Below, piece after piece: positions 33,739 through 45,920 of a stretch of DNA of 64,000 bases (the first letter of the stretch is position 1; each line of letters opens with the position of its first letter). The stretch covers positions 22,382,001 through 22,446,000 of the forward strand of contig NW_027266264.1 in assembly GCF_022045235.1 (NCBI RefSeq), written 5' to 3'. The stretch is from Haliotis cracherodii. Its lineage: Eukaryota. Under the pieces are notes generated by a model. The model was not told the origin of the DNA. It searched no databases and worked only from the letters and a program-made list of their open reading frames with translations. A program made the position numbers and the translations under genes.

Positions 33739-36723
33739 GTGTGTGTGTGGGGGGGGGGGGGGGGGGGGGGATATGTACGGTGATGTAAATAAAGAGTGCC
33801 GTTTCTCTACCGATGTGTATATTTGTGACTCAATTTCGTCTACCGATGCGTTCATCTGTGACTCCATCTCGACTACAGATACGTATATCTGTGACTCTAT
33901 CTTATCTATCGATGCGTATATCTGTGACTCTATCTTATCTATCGATGCGCATATCTGTGACTCTATCTTATCTATCGATGCGTATATCTGTGACTCTATC
34001 TTATCTATCGATGCGTATATCTGTGACTCCATCTTATCACCCGTTACGTATACTTTTGATGCCGCCTTATCTACTGGTACGTGAATTTGCGATGCCGCTA
34101 TATCTGTCAATATGTGTACTTGACGCCATCTTGTCTACCGATGCGTACATCTGTGACTCCATCTTATCTATCAATACGTACATCTATGATTCCATCTTGT
34201 ATACAGACGCATACCTCTGTGCCTCTATCGTATCTACCGATGCGTATCTGCGACTCCATCTCGTCTACTGATGCGTATATGTGTGACTCCATCTTGTTTA
34301 CTGATAGAAGCAAAATCATTAGCAATAACTGTCCACGGTTCTTACGTTTCACACAGCACAAACAATTTACCCCTTTATCAGCAATATTGATTGAGTTTTG
34401 TTTGACTGTTTACACATTATCTTAGTTATATCTCTGCGTGTCAGCTAGATGTGGGAGGAAAACCCTAGTTGATGCAGGCTTTAGACGTTTACCACTTTGC
34501 TGAAACCCACGACGTGTCATGTGTCGTAAACATAGTATGACATGAACACTCACATAACATCCTCTATATATGCCCAACACGGCTTCTTGTGAGATTAAGC
34601 ACAACACAATAGTTGACCCGTCTCTGTATCCCGCTTGCAGGAAATGGTCCCTTCAGACTGCTGATCAATACCATATAATTAATATGAAAGATCAGGACTT
34701 AAGCGCCTTATTACTCCTCATTGTGCCGTAGATCTTAATGGCGTTCGTGGATGAAGATGTGTCTATACGTGTATGTGCTCGTCTCCTAATGTCACTGTCG
34801 ACACACGCTGATTTGTCATCACGAAGATAGTATGACTATCAGGCTGTGGCCTGACATTGTGCATTGATCTGCTCGATGAGGACGCTACACTCACATGTGC
34901 TAGCCCTGACTGGGATTATACCTGGTAATTTAGAGTATTCATAGAGAACATCTTTTTGTAAGTGACCAGCGGGACGATGTACTGGGCGTGGTACGAACAA
35001 ACAAAGACATACTACCCACATTTGGCTTCATCGCTGTGTCAATCTATATATTACATTAGTTAGCCTTTGTGTATGATTACACAATTCAGGTGTATCACGG
35101 AACATTATCTTAAATTGAGCGGTATTGTTTTTCTTCAGTATATTCCAGAAACCCCAAAACGGGAGAATACCAGAAATGGTTTTCATCCTTTGGACTGGGA
35201 TGTAGGGAATCAAACTTAAGGTGAACCGTTCACCATCTCATTAAATTAATGTCCTTCACTCCGATGCGTTAGAGATATGTCGACACCCTAAAAGAACTTA
35301 AAATCAGAATGCAAAATGTGTGTGTTTTGGGGCAAATAAAATGCCAGTTTTCTGAAACGTGTCGACTTGAAAATAAATACCCACACAGGACACACGTATG
35401 CCTTTGCTGGTACTCGCTTTTGGGTGTAGAGGTCAGGGAGTTCAGGGTATATAAAGTATCCACAAAAATATAACGTCGCGGCCCTATGTATCTACAGTCG
35501 GAACTTATCGATTCAATTCATTTTTGAGCTACAGAAGTCTGAATGCTTCGCTCACTCGTTTCAAGAATTTAAAAGCCTCGATGTTGATTGGTTCATTATA
35601 ATGTTCCCCTGACGTGACCATATATGGGGGTGCCCCCGGAAATTCACACAGAGGTATTGTATGAGAGTAAAAGATCTGATTGTAATTAGATTGAAGGCAC
35701 TAATTACACGGCTAGACTAAGACAGGAAATGAGGACCGTAGGCGTCGTTCTTTACTATTATCATGACGGTAATAGGGAATACGGTCTAATCCTTCTTAGA
35801 TCCCTCCACGTCGACAACGAAAGATAGTTTAAGGTTCTAGTAATACAACAGGGGAGGACCACGAAAGGGATTCGCCAGATACATCTATAAAGAGATGGAC
35901 CCTCAACCAATACTCAGCACACCATATATTTGTCCGCGAGGGGATTCCGGGTTAGATTTGTTTGTTTGTTTGTTTGTTTGTTGTTTAACGCAACACTCAG
36001 CAATATTCCATCTATATGACGACGGTCTGTAAATAATCGAATCTGGACATAGAATCCAGTGATTGACATAATGAGCATCGATCTACGTACGCAATTGGGA
36101 TACGATGACATGCTTCAACCAAGTCAGCGACCCTGACCACCCGATCCCGTTAGTCGCCTTTTACGACAAGCATAGACACCTTTTACGGCAAGCATGGGTT
36201 GCTGAAGACCTATTCTACCCCGGATCTTCACTGGTCTGGAAAAGGTCCCAGCAACCTATGATTGTCGTTAAAAGATGGCGGTGTTGTTGATCGTCATCGT
36301 ACAATGTTTATAATATCAACCACTATTTCTGAGTGCGGTTTAAACTCGCTTCACTCTCATGTATTAGAGGGGTGAACAACACGTGAACGTTCAACACACA
36401 ATTTCACCGACCAGTCAAAGCATGGCGCGTACATATGTTATGTATATACCTTAAAGTGTCCTTTGGTGATTTCCTTCCCCGTACGTTGACCAGTAGCAAG
36501 TACGCGGGGAAGAACATGGTCACCCACATCGTACAGAAGTAGGAGAGGGCGAAGGGAGCGTCGAAACCCGGCTGACTGGCATTTTGGGCCAGTTCCGAAA
36601 ACGCAACCCACGTGACAGCTATCAAGATGGCGAGAAGCACACCCCAAAGACACTTCCGGTGGAACTCGGTGAATTCACAGCACGGTTTGTAGGCCTGGGC
36701 AGGAGCGGCTGGGTTATCTACAT
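20466..36723 (-). CDS. SLC35F3: SLC35F3/F4-like (EamA/DMT family, putative thiamine) transporter; 7 exons recovered, 5' end missing
   Basis: Exons 36450-36723, 33400-33622, 25205-25330, 23686-23752, 22321-22443, 20983-21072, 20466-20677 join in frame via GT-AG; motifs FDAPF..YF.T.W, FVYMLSWIVL.EKFV.MRI, GIVLFAYVDGF, LLPENW; F3 vs F4 not resolvable. Confidence 0.88.
20983..21072 (-). CDS. SLC35F3: SLC35F-like exon (YQILINYVAVLTYPLFTGLGLAVAIPLCA)
   Basis: tttcag acceptor, gtaag donor; N....TYP...LG....IP motif. Confidence 0.9.
21830..22378. repeat. 65-66-bp tandem repeat containing an SLC35F exon end and its donor
   Basis: cttaccta(c/t)agtcaaagcagcag recurs 7 times. Confidence 0.92.
22321..22443 (-). 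CDS. SLC35F3: SLC35F-like exon (GTINIACLWPIVLALYYTGVEVIDWNQLPWQFICPTAALTV)
   Basis: tttccaaag acceptor, gtaagt donor; LY.T.VE...W..LPW..LC motif. Confidence 0.88.
23686..23752 (-). CDS. SLC35F3: SLC35F-like 67-nt exon (VLLKKLVGAATLGQISLFLTLI)
   Basis: tcttgcag acceptor, gtaagt donor; supplies the expected VLFK...GQVSLFL segment with correct phases. Confidence 0.88.
24376..24482. mobile_element. Diverged copy of the Harbinger-like MITE
   Basis: gatcttagcgct...gttacgatcgtc homology to 15588-15690. Confidence 0.55.
24601..24922 (-). mobile_element. SINE family A copy
   Basis: Reverse complement of 462-883 without the microsatellite; TSD ctcactcacatg. Confidence 0.88.
25205..25330 (-). CDS. 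SLC35F3: SLC35F-like exon (ILAMIFSITGIVLFAYVDGFGSQAMWGVVVAVAASAGIATYK)
   Basis: tttcag acceptor, gtgagt donor. Confidence 0.93.
26147..26300 (+). mobile_element. SINE family B, diverged
   Basis: Degenerate head and tail homology. Confidence 0.75.
26977..27108. mobile_element. Hairpin MITE, ~60-bp near-perfect arms and 12-nt loop
   Basis: ccacaggagtccgtatctaaa...tttagatacggactcctgtgg; flanks tcagtcagt/tcagtcatt. Confidence 0.85.
27343..27519 (-). mobile_element. Family C copy, 5'-truncated
   Basis: Homology from cgactaacgggatcggg to the tail. Confidence 0.8.
27850..28082 (+). mobile_element. Family D fragment followed by a diverged family B SINE
   Basis: cccgtgctcgtgggtttc...gtaaacgtct body, then gggcggtagggtagc head and (ACTC)n tail. 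Confidence 0.7.
28221..28428 (+). mobile_element. Family C copy, diverged
   Basis: gacccgtgaa start, single hairpin module, (AAAC)n tail. Confidence 0.8.
29590..29914. mobile_element. Harbinger-like MITE with an internal ~54-bp tandem expansion
   Basis: ggtgttcgttgtgcaaagc...ttttgtacaacggtaccc ends; 5 internal units; ctg flanks. Confidence 0.72.
30045..30206 (-). mobile_element. SINE family B inserted in the Tc1 relic
   Basis: Full length; perfect 12-bp TSD gacaacaaagga. Confidence 0.92.
30305..30592. repeat. ~58-bp G-rich tandem repeat
   Basis: gaattagaggggagggtgggtttactgttg x5. Confidence 0.9.
31101..31173. mobile_element. Mini hairpin MITE with 9-bp TSD
   Basis: cagactggttccctg...cagggaaccaggctg; flanks agttcccag/agtttccag. 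Confidence 0.78.
31285..32240. repeat. ~37-bp tandem repeat (tctacctggcgtgggtattatttc)
   Basis: Directly visible; explains the repetitive ORFs at 31323-32242. Confidence 0.92.
33030..33225 (+). mobile_element. Family C copy, old and degenerate
   Basis: gtcttcagcaacccatgc ... acgggatcgggtg homology. Confidence 0.7.
33400..33622 (-). CDS. SLC35F3: SLC35F-like exon (DGLRIF...FCLVWSVTIFTYIKAL...FVYMLSWIVLFEKFVAMR)
   Basis: cttttcag acceptor, gtagg donor; strongly conserved motif. Confidence 0.93.
33805..34305. repeat. 33-bp tandem repeat (gatgcgtatatctgtgactctatcttatctatc)
   Basis: Directly visible; preceded by (GA)n/(GT)n/(G)n microsatellites. Confidence 0.88.
35956..36236 (-). mobile_element. 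Family C copy
   Basis: Full-length reverse-complement homology. Confidence 0.87.
36450..36723 (-). CDS. SLC35F3: SLC35F-like exon (..KCLWGVLLAILIAVTWVAFSELAQ...FDAPFALSYFCTMW...)
   Basis: tttcag acceptor, ag|gtata donor; TM1-TM2 motifs. Confidence 0.88.
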
Positions 36724-37674
36724 CTGAAACAAATAAAATATACTTAGCCTCCTTTATTACATATATAACACAAACCATACACTAGTCGTGTCCAGTTGAC
36801 CGCTCCCCGCTTGACTTCTGTCGAGTGTACGGTCGGACCCCAGAGAGGAATGGCATGGTGGCCGGGTTATGGGCCGACAACAGACCATGTATGGTATCAA
36901 TATATACTGGAAAGTGGCACCACGCTACACTATAATATGGCACCACACTACACTAGAACATAGCACTAAGATATACTAGAACATAGTACCACATTATAGT
37001 AGACCATGACCCCAAGTTATCCTAGTAGACAGGAAGCTATACGAGAACATAGCTCACCACGCTATACCACAACACGACACCACACTACGCTGGAATATGG
37101 CACCAAGATAATTGGCAAATGGTAGGATTAGCTGTATCTGATTGCCTGTTGAAAACTGGTAAGTTTGTTTGGCCTCGTGGAATTGGTTGTGTCAGTGAAA
37201 AGAACTGGAGCTTTGAAATTCTCTGGTCTTGTCATGAGAATAATGAGATACGTTTTGACAGATCAGGTAATCGTCATGTTTTAATTACTAAATTGCATTT
37301 GTTCTTGTTTTTTATCAGACCCCCTTCATACAACAATAGTAAGTCCTGTTAAATCACGATGTCGTCCTTTAAAGCACTCGTATCATCATTGTCAGTCGCT
37401 GATCATCCATGGTGTTAAAGCGTCCTCTCTTTCATTTCAAACATGGGTACAATGCGTGAACCCCATTTCCCGTGTTACCCGCAGTGAGTATTCCTGGAGA
37501 GTCGCTAAAAGCGGCGTAAAACCACACTCATGGTGATGAGGGAAGTACGCATTCGATTTCATTCCTAACTCCCTAAACACTGGGTACACATTCCTAACTC
37601 CCTAAACATTGGGTACTAACATATAGTTGTTTAGTTTAATCGTAATCGTCTTGCTCCACACATGACCATTGTCA

Positions 37675-37843
37675 GGGGCGGTCGGGTAGCCTAGTGGTTA
37701 AAGCGTTCGCTCGTCACGCCGAAGACCCGGGTTCGATTCCCGGCATAAGTACAATGTGAAGCCCATATCTGATGTCCCCCGCCGTGATATTGCTGGAATA
37801 TTGCTAAAAGCGGCGTAAAACCATATTCACTCACTCACTCACT
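37675..37843 (+). mobile_element. SINE family B
   Basis: Full length; 14-bp TSD catgaccattgtca. Confidence 0.92.
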
Positions 37844-38294
37844 CATGACCATTGTCAAGAAATGTCATCTTTGTTTAGTTCGTACAACTCTACAGTTATC
37901 TCGTTGTGAAATGTTCATCCCACATCATCATGAATTTACCATTGTAACTTTTCAAAATCCAATTGACATACAATTTTAGCTCACACATCTTATCGTTTAA
38001 GTTACCGTCAGAATACACACTAGGAATTGGATAGAAAAGGCAAGATTTCCTTGTATTTTAAGTACGTCGACTTGTAATTTGTTTTGTAATGGTAGGGCAA
38101 GACATGCTTACCCTATTCGCGAACACCTGGTGTCATCACTGATATTCTGTGATCCATTCGTATAATATTAACCGTTATTTTGTCTTTCAGGCCTAATGTA
38201 TCTGTTTCGGACACTGGTCATTCTCTGGCGTTGACGTTACATATTAAATGAATATTTGACTTACAGATTAGATTATAACCACCGTGTAAAGTGA

Positions 38295-38453
38295 GGAAGT
38301 ATGGTTTTACGCCGCTTTTAGCAATATTCCAGCAATATCACGGCGGGGGACACCACAAATGGGCTTCACACATTGTACCCACGTCGGGAATCGAACCCGG
38401 GTTTGCTGCGTGACGAGCGAACGCTTTAATCACTAGGCTATCCTACCGCCCCT
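38295..38453 (-). mobile_element. SINE family B
   Basis: Reverse-complement homology to 37675-37843. Confidence 0.88.
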
Positions 38454-38629
38454 GTGAAGTGAATGAAACTGAACAACATTTAGCTTATAAAGGTAATGAT
38501 GCATAGTATGTTAAGTATCTATTAAACGTCTAACGGGCGTGGGGTGGTCGGGTAGCCTAGTGGTTAAAGCGTTTGCTTTGGATCTTAAACATCCAACCAC
38601 CTGGCACCATCGGTAAGTTCTATTTACCA

Positions 38630-40140
38630 CTTACTATGGATAAACAATAGTAACATCTACAGAACTAGTCAATATGGATAAAACAACAGTTAGATCTACT
38701 GTTCTACTCATTTGAATAAACAATAGTAAGATCTACATACATCTCAATGTGGATAAACAACATCAAGATCTACATACTACTCAGTGTGGATAAACAACAT
38801 CAAGATCTACATACTACTCAGCGTGGATAAACAACATTAAGATCACTATACAACTCAGTGTGGATAAACAACATCAAGATCTATATACAACTCCGTGTGG
38901 ATAAACAACAGCAAGATCTACATACAACTCCGTGTGGATAAACAACATTAAGATCACTATACAACTCAGTGTGGATAAACAAAAGTAAGGTCTACATCCA
39001 ACTCCATGTGGATAAACAACATCAAGATCACTATACAACTCAGTATGGATAAACAACAGCAAGATCTACATACAACTCCGAGTGGATAAACAACAGCAAG
39101 ATCCACATACAACACAGTGTGGATAAACAAAAGTAAGGTCTACATACAACTCCATGTGGATAAACAACATCAAGATCTACATACAACTCCGTGTGGATAA
39201 ACAACATCAAGATCTACATACAACTCCGTGTGGATAAACAACATCAAGATCACTATACAACTCCGTGTGGATAAACAACATCAAGATCACTATACAACTC
39301 AGCGTGGATAAACATCAAGATCTACATACAACTCCGTGTGGATAAACAACATCAAGATCACTATACAACTCCGTGTGGATAAACAACATCAAGATCCACA
39401 TACAACTCAGCGTGGATAAACAACATCACGATCTACATACAGCTCCGTGTGGATAAACAACATCAAGATCACTATACAACTCCGTGTGGATAAACAACAT
39501 CAAGATCTACATACAACTCCATGTGGATAAACAACATCAAGATCACTATACAAATCCGTGTGGATAAACAACATCAAGATCACTATACAACTCCGTGTGG
39601 ATAAACAACAGGAAGATCTATATACTACTCCGTGTGGATAAACAACAGCAAGATCAATACACAACTCCGTGAGGATAAACAAAAGTAAGGTCTACATACA
39701 ACTCAGCGTGGATAAACAAAAGTAAGGTCTACATACATCTCAGCGTGGATAAACAACATCAAGTCATTGTCTACATACAACTCAGTGTGGCTAAACAAAA
39801 GTAAGGTCTACATACATCTCAGCGTGGATAAACAACATCAAGTCATTGTCTACATACAACTCAGTGTGGCTAAACAAAAGTAAGGTCTACATACATCTCA
39901 GCGTGGATAAACAACATCAAGATCAATATACAACTCAGTGTGGATAAAAAACATCAAGATTTACATAATACTCAGTGTGGATAAACAAAAGTTAGATCTA
40001 CTTTTCTACTCAATGTGGATAAACAACAGTTAGAGATATTCTGTACATTTGGATAAACAGTTAGAGATCTGTATTATTCATATGAATAAACAGTAAGATC
40101 TATACTACTTACTGACTGTGGATAACAGTTTGATCTACTG
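38630..40140. repeat. 37-bp minisatellite (actccgtgtggataaacaacatcaagatctacataca)
   Basis: ~40 copies, more diverged at the edges. Confidence 0.95.
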
Positions 40141-42294
40141 TACTACTCACTGGGTCTTAATTTAACATTAACTGGCATCGTTATTCCCCTCAAGATAAAA
40201 CTACTACATCGCTAAATGGTCGATCATGTTTCAAGATACTTTCGTTCATTAAAGGAATGTCACGAGCTGAGGCAGGCCCTGAGACGCATGCAATATTTAG
40301 CATCATATATACCTCGGTATGTCACTGAGAGAACAGATGCGTTACGACTGCGGAAATATGCCGCGTTGAGGGTTTTCTAGGGAACCTGATCAAATAACTA
40401 TGTCTTGCAGGCAACCAGTACTAGATCTGGATGGTTGTTGAACAATAATGCGAGCAATAATTATATGATCGTTGGGTGCCTAGGACTGAAATCTTCGCTG
40501 ATTACATGAAACAAAGTTGGAGAAATGGCCTACTTAACATTAAACAGTGACTGAAGTTTGCGAAGGTTTAGCTTTTTTTTATATCACTTAACGAAATGAG
40601 ACAATTGCCATATGTTTAACAGGACCTTTCTAGCAACACTCTATTAACACGCCTAATGAAACAGTGACGGGCTGGCTTTCTTCAATAACGCTGACGCCAA
40701 CCGAGATAAGATCGTGGATGGATTCTCTCCTTCAGTCTCCCTCGGTGAGATCATACATAAAATCAGTTTATCCCCATTTCCGCTCTCGGTCCAATATCGC
40801 ATATTTGCCATCAACATGCAATTGGTGTTTAAAAAATCAAAGGACGTTATACACACGACCTCCGCCTGTAAAAGTGTGTCTATCTACCTTTTAGAGGAAT
40901 AAGTGTGTCAAGCACGTTGAGACCATCACATCCTTGTAGAAATACTTTAGACAAACGTGTTTACCTATCAACATTTCGGACAGATGTGTTGCGATTGAAA
41001 GACGTTTTTTTACCAATCGATACAGCTACTAAACACCCTTGTCCCTTGCTTAAAGTTGTGTCAGCCTCGGGGCCCATGACGTGAAGCAAGCGTATGATCT
41101 GCAATGCGTTGTCTTGATAAAAATGCTTTGTGTGTTTAGCGAAGACTCTCTCATATCATAGGTCAATGTTAATATCTACATCAAACTCCAAATGCTTTGT
41201 ACGTGAACGAAATTTAATATACAAATGTACAAATGGTTACTTTTATTTAGGAAACATAATTTCTTCTTTAATTGGTTATATACATAAATATGTATTCAAA
41301 TATAACCCTGCACAAAATGTATTTCATATTTTATTGAGCGTAGTTTCAATCATTTGGCATTGGCGATCAAAATACTAATCTGTATTTACAAAATATTCAA
41401 ATAAATCATTACCAAATATATTCAAAGTTATTATTCTGTTAAATAGTTCTTGTCAAACTGTACCATTCATTATTCACATTCTACAGTTCACAAATGTGAC
41501 CGGGGGGGGAGGGGGCTGCAGGAGGTGAGGGATAGATATATATGGTACACCAATGTGACCAAAGGAGTGGGGGGGACTGCAGGAGGTGAGGGATAGTTAT
41601 ATATGGTACACCAATGAAGACATCAGCTCATTATGCCAACAACGAGGTCGGTAAAAAAGTAAATAAACTGACCCAATGGCATTATGAAAACTGCAAATCC
41701 TCACTGGCGATACAGTTACACAGTTCACACGCAGTTCTCTTGGTTGCCGAATATATCTTCCTGTTTCTATGTTAAATTGGTGTCAACTACATCCAAAACC
41801 AGACAGGGCTAAATTTTGAAATTAACGTACAATTCGCAGCAAACGGATAATTTAACTATTGGTATATTGCCTTCACACGAAATACACTTTCTGAGATAAA
41901 AGATGAATTATAATTCCAAGATTGTTTCTCCGAAATATGATCAAATCCCCTAGAAAAGAGAATATATTTTATTTTTTATACTTATTATATTATAACACTT
42001 AAATATTTACATGTGTACGCGTAAGCAATGCTCGCCGAGTGCCAGATTCAGAGATGTTTCTGCCTTAGAAATGAAGGGTTTCTCCGACTTTGTCTCTGAT
42101 ATGCCGGGGGGACAGGGAAGGTGCGATAGCTGGATATAATAAAAATGCATTATCTGTAAAGAGATTCAGAATATATAAACTGAAGTCCGCTGTGTGATGT
42201 TCGTCAAATATGTTTCCTTAAAAACAGCCCATTTAAAGAAAGTCTTAATGTGACACATTATTCTCAAATATGTCTATGAGTGTTCAATATGATT

Positions 42295-42377
42295 GGATCG
42301 CCTCTGTAGTCTAGTGGTAGAGTATCTCAGTGGGCTAGCACTATGATATAGACATTATTCGCACTAGTACAAGCAGC

Positions 42378-42410
<33 letters not shown>

Positions 42411-42415
42411 GCACA

Positions 42416-42447
<32 letters not shown>

Positions 42448-42506
42448 CGAACGCGCATGCACGTCGATAATCTTGAATGCCACGTCAAACCCCATTTCAC
42501 CTCACC
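42295..42506 (+). mobile_element. SINE family A, internally deleted
   Basis: Head jumps from ggtagag to tatctcagtg; TSD tcaatatgat. Confidence 0.8.
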
Positions 42507-42860
42507 TCAATATGATCGATAGTTTTCGTAGGCTAGGTTTTGAATGGCTGAAACGGTTACAAGCTTTAAATCTATTTCTTATTCATTATAATGAATAAAA
42601 TATAGGAATGTGACAGAATGTTATTGTTTGCAAATGTCAGAGAGATCATTGCTGCAATCATATACATACTTACGATCTTTATCCACTCAGAAACTTGAGG
42701 ATAATGTACGCAATGAAGTATAACTGTGTTTACTTGATTATGTGAAAGTCAAATATCATAACAAGATCAGCCATAAAACAAGCCAAACAATGGGACAATG
42801 TTACATACAGTTGACCTACCCGTTTACACTTATCTGGGGGAGGTAGGGGGGGGGGGGGGA

Positions 42861-43075
42861 GACCCGTGACAATCTGGGGTAGAATAGGTCTTCAGCAACC
42901 CATGCTTGCCCTTAAAGGCGACTATGCTAGTAGTAAGAGGCGACTAACAGGATCGGGTGGTCAGGCTTGCTGACTTGGTTGATGCATGTTATTGATCCCA
43001 GTAGCGTGAATCGATGCTCATGATATCAATCACTGGATTGCCTGGTGCATAATTTACAGACAGCGGTCATATTGC
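42861..43075 (+). mobile_element. Family C copy, 3'-degraded
   Basis: gacccgtg start and body homology. Confidence 0.8.
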
Positions 43076-43136
43076 AGATTTAGTTCCATCAGTTGCGTAA
43101 TTACACCTGCAGAAGCGACTTAACATCACAACAACT

Positions 43137-43445
43137 CCTTAGTCTAGTGGTAGAGCGTCCACCCGGAGAGCTGAAGGCCAGGGGTTCGATCCCCGGCCGC
43201 GTCATACCAAAAGGCGTGAAGGGTGGTACTTATTGTTACCCTGTCTGGCGCTCGGCATTAAAGGGCTAACGCAAGGACTAGTCGGCTCGGGGTCAGTATA
43301 CTGTGTTTCAGTGGGGTATTCATGTGCGGCATGGTTTCTCAGTGTATCACTGTAAATCGGCACCATCTAGTACAAGCAGCCACACACACACACTTGCATG
43401 CACGTCGCTATATAAGTGCAGCGTTAAACCCCATTTCACCTCATC
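43137..43445 (+). mobile_element. SINE family A copy
   Basis: Homologous to 462-883; TSD tcacaacaact. Confidence 0.85.
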
Positions 43446-43684
43446 TCACAACAACTTGCATAATGATTAATGTAAGAATGGGATCGGTGGGGTAGCCAGA
43501 TGGTTAAAGCGTTCGCTCGTCTTGCAGGTTCGATTCCCCACATGGATGCCATGTATGAAGCGACTTAAACTATACTCGGTCACTGGTGTAATAATAGCGA
43601 CGAAAAAGACCGAAATAACATCCAAATGTGACAAAAAAATATGAATTTTCAATTTCACTGTTGTTTTAAGTTCAGAAAAGACAC

Positions 43685-43856
43685 AATTATGTTTCTAGGT
43701 TTGTCAGCACCATACCCGTGCTCGTGGGTTTCACCAAAGTGGTAAACGTCTGAGACCTGTATCACTTCGGCTTTCCTTTTCCACATTAAGCTGACACGCC
43801 GTGATATGACTGGAATACTGTTAAAAGCAGCGTTAAACCCAACTCACTCACTCACT
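43685..43856 (+). mobile_element. SINE family D, 5'-truncated
   Basis: Body and tail homology; TSD tcaga(a/g)aagacaca. Confidence 0.85.
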
Positions 43857-44144
43857 CAGAGAAGACACAGAAGTTAATGTTTATGAAGGGCAATGGACAA
43901 GGTCCATACATTGAGATGATAAGTCTCTCAATGTGAGCTCAACAATTCAAGCAAGAAGTTTGCTGGATCATTATGGTGACACATATGGACGCATTATTAT
44001 ATACGACTCTTAGTTCTTATACACAGGACTTTAATTACTTTACAAAACAATAACGTATATTCAGCTCAATCTATTATTTTGGATGAGTTAGGTCATTGAT
44101 GGGGTCAACTACGAACACTGGAAACAAATTCGATCCAAGATCAT

Positions 44145-44545
44145 CACTGTTCCCATCAGTGTCTATTTACTTTCAGAAGTACATAATTCAAACCCGGAAT
44201 ATGGTATGTTTCAATAATACTTATGATTATACTTATATACTAATCATACTATATACTAAAATTAAACCTTGAAACCCATGCTCACGAAGCCGGGTACGTT
44301 TCCCGGTCCCGATTACGTCATACTGTGACTAATTCATGCATCTCAGTCACTGTTCCCATCAGTGCCTATTTACTTTCAGAAGTACATAATTTAAACCCGG
44401 AATATGTTTCATTTGGCGAGCTTTGCATGGTGTGTTTTAACAATACCTGCCACAATGATTAAACTGGAAACCCTTGCTCACGAACCCGAGTACGTTTCCC
44501 GGTCCTGATTACGTCATACTGTGACTAATTCATGCATCTCAGTCA
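44145..44545. repeat. ~200-bp direct duplication
   Basis: tcactgttcccatcagtg...aattcatgcatctcagtca occurs twice. Confidence 0.85.
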
Positions 44546-45314
44546 TCAGCAGCTAAATCATGATTCCATTACGCACACTGTCACCAGATCGCTATAGTTG
44601 TGTTTTTAATACTGAACACAAGAAGCAACCAAAGTAACAGTATTAATCATTCCAAGTTGTTTCAAACATTGTCGACAGGTGTGTTTGCAGATGAATAAAA
44701 CAGATGCGATATTCTCAACGTGCAAGACCATTTCATTACTTGAGCTTCAGATTAACGAGTTTCAGATATTGTTCAATCAGTAGTGGGTGGGTGATCGCTG
44801 ACCAAGAACGTTGATTTATGTTTCTGAGAGGTGTGGACACAGGGCTTCAGCAAAGATAACACGATGTAAAACCGACACTCGTTAAGTCACTTTTGGGGAA
44901 GTGTTATAATAGTCTTTTCTTTTGCTTTTCTACAGATTATGTTTTCATAAGAACAACGTTTAATCGTGGTAGCGCAACGTTTGGGACAAGGAAAAGAACG
45001 GGTACAGAGTACGACTACATACTGAAACCACGTATGCATATCCACAATAAGAAGTTGGCATCCAACTTTGTTCCCTTGAATCGTGTCATTGAGGATTAAT
45101 GAAGAGGAATATCCCTCTGTAAAACTTGACAAAACGTCTGGTGATTTTTTGGGGGTTTTTTTTGGTTACTCGTCATTACTCGTCGCTATATGACTGAAAT
45201 AATGCCGAATCGACGTTAAACTGTAACTCACCCACTACTCGTCAACAGCACTGTGGTGTAGCTATGCGATATTAGTCAGCAAGCTGTGCAAGTGATCTTG
45301 GGTTCGAATCTCTG

Positions 45315-45602
45315 GGAGGCACGGGAGGCCCAGTCGTCTAAGGCGCCGCGATTCGCTGTGCAGAGTTGCGTCCCTTGGGCTTGCCAGAAACCTATGATTG
45401 TGGGTTCGAATCCCGATTCGCCCCGATTATGTTTCTAGGTTTGTCAGCACCATACCCGTGCTCGTGGGTTTCACCGAAGTGGTAAACGTCTGAGACCTGC
45501 ATCACTTCGGGCTTTCCTCCCACATTAAGCTGACACGCCGTGATATAACTAGAAAAGTGTTAAAAGCGGCGTTAAACCCTACTCACTCACTGGCTCACTC
45601 AC
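45315..45602 (+). mobile_element. SINE family D, full length
   Basis: Near-identical to the reverse complement of 16734-17016. Confidence 0.88.
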
Positions 45603-45828
45603 TCGAATGTCGTATTCACCCAGATTATGATCACTGGCCAGAACCCCTGTAATTACGAAACGCCTGTACGTCACCCGGATGTCATTATCCATTAATTTTA
45701 CTTTATAAGCCCATCTATTTCTTAGCACATGGATATCATACACTGCTTATACTTGCTTGAATATGTTGGCACTATCCTAACCCAACCCTGATTCTGACAT
45801 TCATAATTTGAAAAAAGTATTAATTGTT

Positions 45829-45920
45829 ACACACGTGTTAACAAAGACAGGCAGTGGCAAATCACTTTGTTTCGAATGTGTACCAGTTTTGGGAATGATC
45901 GCACCGCTTTCAAGCACAGT
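45829..45920 (+). pseudogene. RecQ-like SF2 helicase fragment (Walker A TGSGKSLCF plus motif Ia-like IAPLSS), probably transposon-derived
   Basis: Translation HVLTKTGSGKSLCFECVPVLGMIAPLSS; no recognisable continuation. Confidence 0.6.

Noticed and set aside
33623-34110. N-terminal repeat extension of the 244-aa ORF containing the SLC35F exon
   Set aside because: Upstream of the cttttcag acceptor at 33623 the frame runs through microsatellites and a 33-bp repeat, so it is intronic
37675-37750. Possible genuine tRNA-Asp gene (and tRNA-Leu-like head at 45315)
   Set aside because: No proper acceptor stem; continues into a SINE body and tail with TSDs and has many dispersed copies
38630-40140. 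Dozens of TGTGGATAA (reverse DnaA box) motifs suggesting a bacterial origin or contamination
   Set aside because: The motif is just part of a 37-bp minisatellite unit in an intron-rich eukaryotic context; no bacterial genes nearby
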